From positions 65,162,001 through 65,226,000 of the forward strand of contig OX597831.1 of NCBI GenBank assembly GCA_951406725.2: a stretch of DNA of 64,000 bases, read 5' to 3'. Origin of the DNA: Octopus vulgaris. Taxonomy: Eukaryota. Of the stretch, positions 43,701 through 53,900 are shown one piece after another (within the stretch, counting starts at the first letter, position 1; every line of letters begins with the position of its first letter). Position numbers and translations under genes: made by a program. A model generated the notes under the pieces. That model worked only from the letters and a program-made list of their open reading frames with translations. It was not told the origin of the DNA and did no database searches.

Positions 43701-44928
43701 ATCTTGCCTGTTATAAGGTTGAAGCTTCCATCATTGGCAGCACTATATCCTGTAACCCCTTGTAAAGATTCTTATTTATGAATGAACTAATCCTCCCACT
43801 TTTAGTACTATGTGGAATTACAGTTCACTACTTGCTATACTAAACTCAAGTACTTCAGTAAGTCTGGAGAAGGCAACAGGAAACTCTTTTATTGTGTCCT
43901 CTTCTAATAATGACATTAGAGTCAACATTCACCAATTTTCCATGAGTCAGTTGAATTACTCGTTAAATATCATTTACTATGTACTAACTCATTTTAATAC
44001 TTTCTAAAAGGTATTATCATTGCTATTTGCACCTGCAATAATAAATCAAACTTTCTATTCTAAAGTGTGGCTGTGTGGTAAGAAGCTTGCTTGCCAACCA
44101 CATTGTTCCAGGTTCAGTGCCACTGCATGGCATCTTGGTTAAGTGTCATTTACTACAGCTGAGAGCCAACCAAAGCCTTGTGAATGGGTTTGGTAGACAG
44201 AAACTGAAAGAAGCCCACACACAAATATATGTGTGTGTGTGTGTCTGTTTACACCCCTCCATCTCTTGTCATCTGATGTTGGTGTGTTTATGTCTCTGTA
44301 ACTTAGCAGTCTAGCAAAAGCGACTGATAGAATAAATACTAAGTTTACAAACAATAAGTCCTGGGGTCAGTTTCTTTGACGAAGGCAGTGCTCCAGCATG
44401 GCTGCAGTCAAATGACTAAAAACCAGTACTACAATAGGAAAGAAGACTAACTGATGCAACTGAAAGCAAAGAAAAAAAAAAAAAAAGAAACTAAAATGGA
44501 ATCATAAAGCAAGAATCTTGATTTTAAGATGTAGAACAAGTGATTTTTATTTTAAGATAAGAAACTAATTCCTTGTAGGGTATCCAAAGGAGTTAAACAT
44601 ATTTATCATTTAAGTTACAATACAAAAGTTGACTTAGATTGTCTTGAATTTCAAACACTAATCAATAAGACAAAGCCTCAACATAATCACTTCAGCTGTT
44701 AGAAATAGCAGCCAAATCCCTTTCGTGTCATAACTCATCATACTAAAAAGGTAAAAAAAATTTTTTAAAAAACCACTGGATAATGGATTTCTAGTAAGAA
44801 TATGTTAATAAAAAGATGGGAGAATTATGGTTGGAATGCCTTGGATGAAAACTTATGTATGGCGAAATTATGTACAAAAAACTTGACTGTTTGTACTTTT
44901 CTCTAGTTTCAGTTGATGTCAAACAGCA

Positions 44929-44965
<37 letters not shown>

Positions 44966-47900
44966 GAATTAGAGATAAAACCACTATTAGGCAACTCAAA
45001 CAGTGATAGACATAAACCAATACATAAATAACAAATAATATAAATATAATTAATATAATATATAATATACATATAATTTTTTTCCCAAAAAGTATAAAAA
45101 GAATGATAAATATAATATAAGTATAATGTGTTTTTACTTAATATATTATTACTTATTATATTATATTTATCATTCTTTTTATGCTTTTTGGAAAAAAAAA
45201 TTATATATATATATATTATATACTATATTAATTATATTTATATTATTTGTTATTTATGTATTGGTTTATGTCTATCACTGTTTGAGTTGCATAATAGTGG
45301 TTTTATCTCTAATTCATATTTTATATATTTATACTGTGAAATTTGATTTAATACTAAATCTGATTTTTCCCTGTAAGTTTGGAGCTATACTCCCTAATAT
45401 CATTATTATATATATATATATATAATACACTCTATAATTTTGTAGATACAAATTTATTATTCATATACGCAGGAGTGGCTGTGTGGTAAGTAGCTTGCTA
45501 ACCAACCACATGGTTCCGGGTTCAGTCCCACTGTGTGGCATCTTGGGCAAGTGTCTTCTGCTATAGCCCCGGGCCGACCAATGCCTTGTGAGTGGATTTG
45601 GTAGATGGAAACTGAAAGAAGCCTGTCGTATATATGTATATATATATATGTATGTATGTGTGTGTATGTGTTTGTGTGTTTGTCCCCCTAGCATTGCTTG
45701 ACAACCGATGCTGGTGTGTTTACATCCCTGTCACTTAGCGGTTCGGCAAAAGAGACCGATAAAATAAGTACTAGACTTACAAAGAATAAGTCCTGGGGTC
45801 AATTTGGTCGACTAAAGGCGGTGCTCCAGCATGGTCGCAGTCGCAGTCAAATGACTGAAACAAGTAAAAGAGTAAGAGTATACAAGAATGTTGTTGATAG
45901 TGACTTCAAAGTTTCAGCCAGCTAAGCCATTGTCAAATTGCAGCCCGATGATGGTTTACCTGGCTGAAAGTTTGAAGCCACCGTCAACCACATTCTTGTA
46001 TATTATGTGTCTATGTGTGTGCTGATAAACACTACAAATGTGAAGTATAAATTCTACACTACTTAAAGCAATACAGCAGTAGCCTTAACAAGCTAATTGT
46101 GCTCTGACACTTTTAAGTGTTTGAATTCCACAAGCACTACAGGCTGAAATCTCAATGAACTGAAATTGTGAATTCCAGGAAATTGCTCAGTAAACTTAGT
46201 GAGTGCAGCCGTTTATAGCACAATAGCTGGATGTATGGACAAGCATGGCCCAACAAACAGTTCTTTTAGTACTTGAGGTAAACCGATATACCATTAAAAG
46301 CTGAATAATAGGAATTGGAGAGTTTCCACATCTGCAAAGAAATCAGATAAAACAAATGGGATCTATTCTAAGGAGAATGTGATACAGAAGAAGATATTAA
46401 ATTTAGAGGATTTAAAGCGGTTTTTAAGACATTGTAAAAGAGAATAACAAGGTTATGGCCATTCAATGACTGACGAAGTAGAGAGGATTATGAAAAGTGA
46501 TGCTATTATAGGCGCAGGAGTGGCTGTGTGGTATGTAGCATGTTTACCAACCACATGGTTCTGGGTTCAGTCCCACTGTGTGGCACCTTGGGCAAGTGTC
46601 TTCTACTATAGCCTCGGGCCGACCAAAGCCTTGTGAGTGGATTTGGTAGACGGAAACTGAGAGAAGCCTGTCGTATATATGTATATATGTACATGTATGT
46701 ATATATGTGAGTCTGTGTTTGTCCCCCCAACATCGCTTGACAACCGATGCTGGTGTGTTTACATCCCCGTAACTTAGCGGTTCGGCAAAAGAGACCGATA
46801 GTATAAGTACTAGGCTCACAAAGAATAAGTCCTGGGGTCGATTTGCTCGACTAAAAAAAAAAAGGCGGTGCTCCAGCATGGCCGCAGTCAAATGACCGAA
46901 ACAAGTAAAAGAGAAAAGAGAGACTATTATATTTCAGTTTATGATGAAATTATATTTTAGCAGAATTAATTTATATTTTACTCTAATATTTCGAAATGCA
47001 ATTATTATGGATTGGTAGAATTATTAGAATGTTAAACAAAATGCCTCGCAGTACTTATTATGGCTCTTTAAGTTTTGTGTTTAAATCCCACCAAGCTTAC
47101 CTGTGCTTTACATACCACCTGGAGCCAATAAAATAAAGTACCAGTCGAGTATCAGGTTGATTCCACCAAGGTCAACTTTATTTTCCACCTCTCCCAGTTT
47201 AACAAAGTTTCTACCAGTCAAGTAATGGAGTTAATTTCATCACTTAACCCCTCATCTGCACACGCACACAAAATAAAAATAATTATTTCAGCTATGATGT
47301 ACACTTAAGCTTAGGTCTTTGGCACTGAGAGACAGACACAATCTGCTGCACCAAATGTCACCTGTCAGCACCACAATGTTTTGCAATTTACTGAAATTTA
47401 CTTTGCAGAAAAATTCCTAATAAGTAAGAATTTCTTCAGTAAATGACTCTGAAAATGTTCACCATCCAGCACCATGGCCACCTTAACTAACATATAGAAC
47501 AGTTGGAAGAACTCCTGCAGTATGTTATTGAATTTTCGTGACAGTAGTGATGCTTATTGTTGTCCAAATGCAGCACATGCAGTGGAATACAATTCCTGCT
47601 TTACCAAGTTTACTGTTCACATCACTTTCTAACCTTCATTAACAACTGATCACACTGCCCAGATAGGTTGATACAAATGTTATGATAGTCTGACAGTAAA
47701 CTTTTGACTCAAGAGATGGGGAATAACTTAGCCAGGAGGTTTTCATACAAGACATGCTGATATCAAGAGCAATAACAATACTTTTAGGTTAGTTATTAAA
47801 AAAAAAGACTTGAGGATGATGTAGGAAAGAACTTTTCTAAATATGGTTGTGTGGAAACTGTAGTGACAGTCAACGACAAAAGAGAAAAAAAAATGATGAT

Positions 47901-50900
47901 ATAACAGTTTATGATTCCACCACCATTCAAACGTTGAAAGCAAAGTAACATATACTGTTGTATGTTTACAGAGTTTAGTATAGATGTTTGTAGAGAGGGA
48001 AATGCCGAGTTTGGTGAAAATAACAGCTAGCTGTTATTTTCACCAAACTAATACACATAGTCGTGACTAGTTGCCTTGTTGACCAGTAAAGCTTCCTAAC
48101 TTGGAGTCTAAGTGAACATGATAAAACAGCTGAGTTTGGTGAAGGGATTTCAAGAGAGATTTTATGTGTAAGCAATGTAGAATTGGAAGCAAAATGGACA
48201 GCAAATGTAGAGGCTTTATCAATAGAAATGATACTTTTAAAGATTGATTCCTCAGAAAGTTTTGAAGGTCATGTGATTTAAGAGCAATTTTTACTTTCTT
48301 CTTCTTCTTACAGCATTCACCCGGGGTGGGTTGAGCTGGCTTCATTCATCCTCAATGCTGCATCTCTCACAAACGCCGACCAGACCTGGCAATTTGAGGC
48401 TAACGACCACGTGATCCCTAACCACTCCTTATTCCAGCGGTGAACGCCGTAGACATGGGGGCCCAGGTTGGGTTCCAGATCAGCCTTGACTGTCATCAGC
48501 CAGGTTTTTCATTGTCCACCACATTGCTTTCGCCAACCCTGAAGGGGAGCTGGGGCAATTGCTTCATAGATGAATTCTCCTGGCTGACAATGGAGGGCAT
48601 GACCCAGCCAACACAGACATCTTGTTAGGATGACTTGTCGGAGGGAGGTGATTCTGCACTGGTGTTGCACTGAATTGTTGGAGACAAAGTGATGCCATCG
48701 GACAATTTTTACTTTCCTTTATGGTTATTTTGTAAGCATCAAAATGATGTGTAGAACTCTTAGTTAGTGGATGGTTTATAACTGTTTCCAAGTGTTGGAG
48801 GCAGTGTTGTTCTGTAGAACTGAGAGTGAATAATTTGGCAGGGTTGGGGATATAAAACAACATATCTATGAGGGTTGCATCATTCACCTACTTTTCTGCT
48901 ATAGAGAGGTCAAAGGTGAAGTAGATTTGCGGTCAAGAATAGTCAAGAGAATTTCTGCCGACTGAAGTAATGAACACACTAAGAATTTCATGACATCCTT
49001 TGCAGTTGTGGGAAGTCATTCAAGAGTGAATTCAGATACTTCTGCTCTTCAATCCACCAGTAGATGTAACTGAATGTATGATGGACTATCAGAAATATCC
49101 CAAGGCTATCTGTATGACCTGTATGAAACACCTCCAGTAGTTGATGTAATACTAACTGGTACTGGATACAGCTTTGGAGAGAAGAGATAAGGATATTTTC
49201 GGTTTGAACAGCAGTTTTTAACATAATTTCTAGTTAACTAAAAAATTTTAAACTTTGTAAACTGGTAGAATGTGTTTATAAAACATCTTTTTCTCTTGGC
49301 TTTATTGAGAAAATTCTATAGTTTGTAAGATATTTGCTGTTTTTTTTCTTCAATTTCTGCAATTTCAACTAATCAATGACATCTATTGAGTTAAAAAACA
49401 TTCTGTGCTGTATGAATATGTCCCTCGTTTAAGAAACAGATTGGGTTTATTTACATTTGTGAAGAAAAAAAGATACCCTTTCTCCCACCCCTAACCCTAA
49501 AACAGATTGAAATGCAATAGATCGATTCTAGGGTCATAATTATGGGTGACAATTTCATGACACCGCTAGAAAAAAACTGCCGTTGAAACCGAAAAGATCC
49601 GAGATAATAGTCAGTCAACTTTTTCCCAACAAACCAACTGAGATTGTTACAAATATTATGGCAAGGGATCAAAAAGAAAGCAAAACGAAAACATTTGAAC
49701 AAAAGAAAAAAAAATCAAACACCATCCAAAGAATAAGAACAACAAAGATCATATAATATACTGCGTAACAATTATAAAATTTTAGTTATAAACTTACCCC
49801 AGCCTACTACACCAAGGCCGTTCACCATAGTGGTATGAGAATCAGTCCCAACTACGGAATCAGGATACAGCATACCATTACTGCTAAAAACAACCCTTGC
49901 GAGATATTCTAAATTCACTTGATGTACAATTCCAGAACCTGGGGGTATAATCTGCATGTTCTTCAAAGCTATTGAGCCCCACTGTAAATAAAAAGTTTCA
50001 AAAGTTGGGTAGAAAAAAATGTTTAAATATTTAAAACAAACAAAAATTAGATATAGACAAATTGAATTTGTTTGAGTCTTTAAAACTGTATCAAGGGTGG
50101 TCTTCTGTAGTTAGTAATTAAAATAATGTTAGTCCTCAACCAATATCTTATTTTACTGCCTGCAACTAAGAAAATAAAAATATTTTGCGTCTAGAGCAGT
50201 GTAGTAACAGATCATTTCTGGATCTTAAATACATTTGACAGACATGAATATCATGGTACACTGATTGGGAGTGGACACGGTTTAGATCACATACAAATTC
50301 CATCTGTATCCACAAGCAAACCTGAAAAAGACACAACTCTTTTACTTGTTTCAGTCATTTGACTGTGGCCATGCTGAAGCACCGCCTTTAGTCATGCAAA
50401 TCGACCCCAGGACTTTTATCGGTCCCTTTTACCGAACCGCTAGGTCACAGGGATGTAAGTACACCACCATCGGTTGTCAAGCAATGTTGGGGTTGGGTGG
50501 GGGTGGACAAACACAGACATACACATACATATATATATACATATATAGACGGGCTTCTTTCAGTTTCTGTCTACCAAAACCAGTCACAAGGCTTTGTTGG
50601 TCAGCCCGAGGCTATAGTAGAAGACACTTGCCCAAGATGCCATGCAGTGGGACTGAACCCGGAACCATGTGGTTAGTAAGCAAGCTATTTACCACACAGC
50701 CACATCTACGCCTACAACCTAAACATTCTAATTATGTCTCTCATGGGACATAAATTATGTTGACTCTAAATATAACGAACATTTAATATAATATATTATC
50801 AATACAATAGAGCAGCAAGATGGTGGAATTGTTAACACACCAGGCAAAATACTTGGAGGCATTTTGTCCATCTTTATGTTCTGAGTTCAAATTCCACCGT

Positions 50901-53900
50901 TTTTATTCTCGCAGCTATGCTCTCAGAACATCCACTTCCGCTACTGACTTGGTCGCCTAAATAAAGGAAGCTATCAACTACCTCTAGCTTACCTGACTGG
51001 TAGTCGATGGAATCTATTTTCTGTACATTTTTAGTGTTTATTGTACCCGTGCATCTTCCACTTGAATAAGATTGTGATGGTTGGTATAGGGATGTAACAT
51101 AAATGGATAATGTACAGTTGGTGAAGTTAGTGGTGGAAACTACAGGCAGTAAAAGAGATTGAAGAAGACTTAGGGACGGTTACGAGAGATTTTAGAATAT
51201 TGGGACTTACAGAGGGAATGATAGAGAATGAAAATGTTTGGAGAAAGCCAGGATTGAAAAGTGGTCATTATGATGATGATGATTATCTATTTGTGTGTGT
51301 GTGTGTGCGTGCATATGTACAGTATTTACTCTTTTACTTGTTTCAGTCATTTGACTGTGACCATGCTGGAGCACTGCCTTTAGTCGAGCAAATCAACCCC
51401 GGAACTTATTCTTTGTAAGTGCAGTACTTATTCTATCGGTCTCTTTTGCCGAACCACTAAGTGACGGGGACATAAACACACCAGCATCGGTTGTCAAGCA
51501 ATGCTAGGGGGACAAACACAGACACACAAACATACACGCACACATATATATACATATATACAACAGGCTTCTTTCAGTTTCCGTCTACCAAATCCACTCA
51601 CAAGGCTTTGGTCGGCCTGAGGCTATAGTAGAAGACACTTGCCCAAGGTGCCACGCAGTGGGACTGAACCCAGAACCATGCAGTTGGTAAGCAAGCTACT
51701 TACCACACAGCCACTCCTGCGCCTATTTCTCTTTTACTCTTTCTCTTTTACTTGTTTCAGTCATTTGACTGCGGCCATGCTGGAGCACCACCTTTTAGTA
51801 CTTATTCTATCGGTCTCTTTTTGCCGAACCGCTAAGTGACGGGGACGTAAACACACCAGCATCGATTGTCAAGCAATGCTAGGGGGACAAACACAGACAC
51901 ACAAACACACACACATATACATATATATACATATATACGACAGGCTTCTTTCAGTTTCCGTCTACCAAATCCACTCACAAGGCATTGGTCGGCCCGGGGC
52001 TATAGCAGAAGACACTTGCCCAAGATGCCAAGATGCCACGCAGTGGGACTGAACCCGCAACCGTGTGGTTGGTTAGCAAGCTACTTACCACACAGCCACT
52101 CCTGCGCCTATGTGTGTATTTTATTTTTATTTTTTTAAGTATAGCATATTTGCTTGCATGTACATGCAGTATGTCAAGAAATACTTCCTACTCTTCAATA
52201 ATGGAATGTTTAAAAAATATGTTACTAATTTGGCCTTACCTTGTGAAAACGGTATATAAAGTATACAAACATTTTTTTAAATTGAAATAATTTTTTTCTC
52301 CCCACTAAAGAATTATCCGTAATTATTGATGTAAATTCCTTATAGAAATGTGATTGTCTATCTGGGTCAACCATTTAACAAAATATTGTGCACTGAATGA
52401 GAGCAAGTGATATTTAGTAAAGGTACCAGCACTATTTCATAAGACATTACCACATTTTACACCAAAAAATCAGATGAAAAAAATTTTCTCTAATGACTGA
52501 TCAAAACAGATTAACAATGCCCCCCATGGAGACAAGTCAACAGAATGTAAAGGTTAACAGTATCAAAAGAAGTTGAATGCTCATTTTATAAAGTAATTAC
52601 AGGAGCTGTCAATAACAATTATTAAATCGTTACTAAATTTCAGAATTGTAATGTTCGCACCTGAACTATTTACCTGTATATATATAAGGTTAATTCAAAC
52701 ATGAAAACACAACAACGCGAGGACGTGGAACAAGTATAGTGTTATTGGACGCTCAGGAAAGAAGGAGGGTTTAACGTTTCGAGCAGAGCTCTTCGTCAGA
52801 AACATAGGAAAAGGAAAGATCCAACACACACACATACATACATACAACAGGCTTCTTCCAGTTTCCATCAACTAAATCCACTCTTTGGTTGGCCCAAGGC
52901 TATAGTAGAAGACACTTGCCCAAGGTGCCAAGCAGTGGGACTGAACCCAGTACTATGTGGTTGGTAAGCAAGCTACTTACCACACAGCCACTCCTGTATA
53001 GTACATACTTTTTTTTGTTTTCAAAATATTCCCAGCTTTGGGTGCATGACCAGAAATTGTATCTATTGTAGAAGTCACTAATATATTGATAATATGTTGG
53101 TTTCACATTTTGGTACAAAGCCAGAAATTTCATGGGGTTAGGGAAGTTGATTACATCAACCCCAGTGCCCAACTGGTACTTATTTTATTGTTCTCAAAAG
53201 GATGAAAGGTAAAGAAGACCTTGGCGGAATTTGAACTCAGAAAATAAAGATGGACAAAATGTGGATATTTTCGGTTTGGACAGCAGTTTTTTAAAATAAT
53301 TTCCACGTAACTAAAAAATTTTAAACTTCATATACTGGTAGAATGTGTTTATAAAACATCTTTTTTTCTTGGCTTTATTGAGAAAATTCTATGGTTTGTA
53401 ATATATTTGTTGTTTTTTTTTCTTCAATTTCTGCAATTTCAACCAATCAATGACGTCTATTGAGGTGAAAACATTCTGTGCCATATGAATATGTCCCTCG
53501 TTTAAGAAACAGATTGGGTTTATTTACATTTGTGAAGAAAAAAAGATACCCTTCCACCCAACCCTAAAACAGATTGAAATGCAATAGATCGATACTAGGG
53601 TCATAATTATGGGTGACAATTTCATATGACACCGCTAGAAAAAACTACCGTTCAAACCAAAAATATCTCAAAATGCCACTAAGCATTTTGTCTGGTGTGT
53701 TAATTCCGCCATCTTGCTGCCCTATTGTATTGATAATATATTATATTAAATGTTCATTATATGTTTCGTGAAATTAATATACAGAACACTGGATGGAGTT
53801 TTAAAGTTTTTTTACTTCATGAAAATTTAAAATGCTGTGTTTCAGTTAACTAAGATTCTGATTTTAAAATAAATATTTTCAAATTGAAAAAAATTTCTTG

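Noticed and set aside
46510-46585. tRNA genes at SINE heads
   Set aside because: A and B boxes run straight into SINE bodies; no complete cloverleaf.
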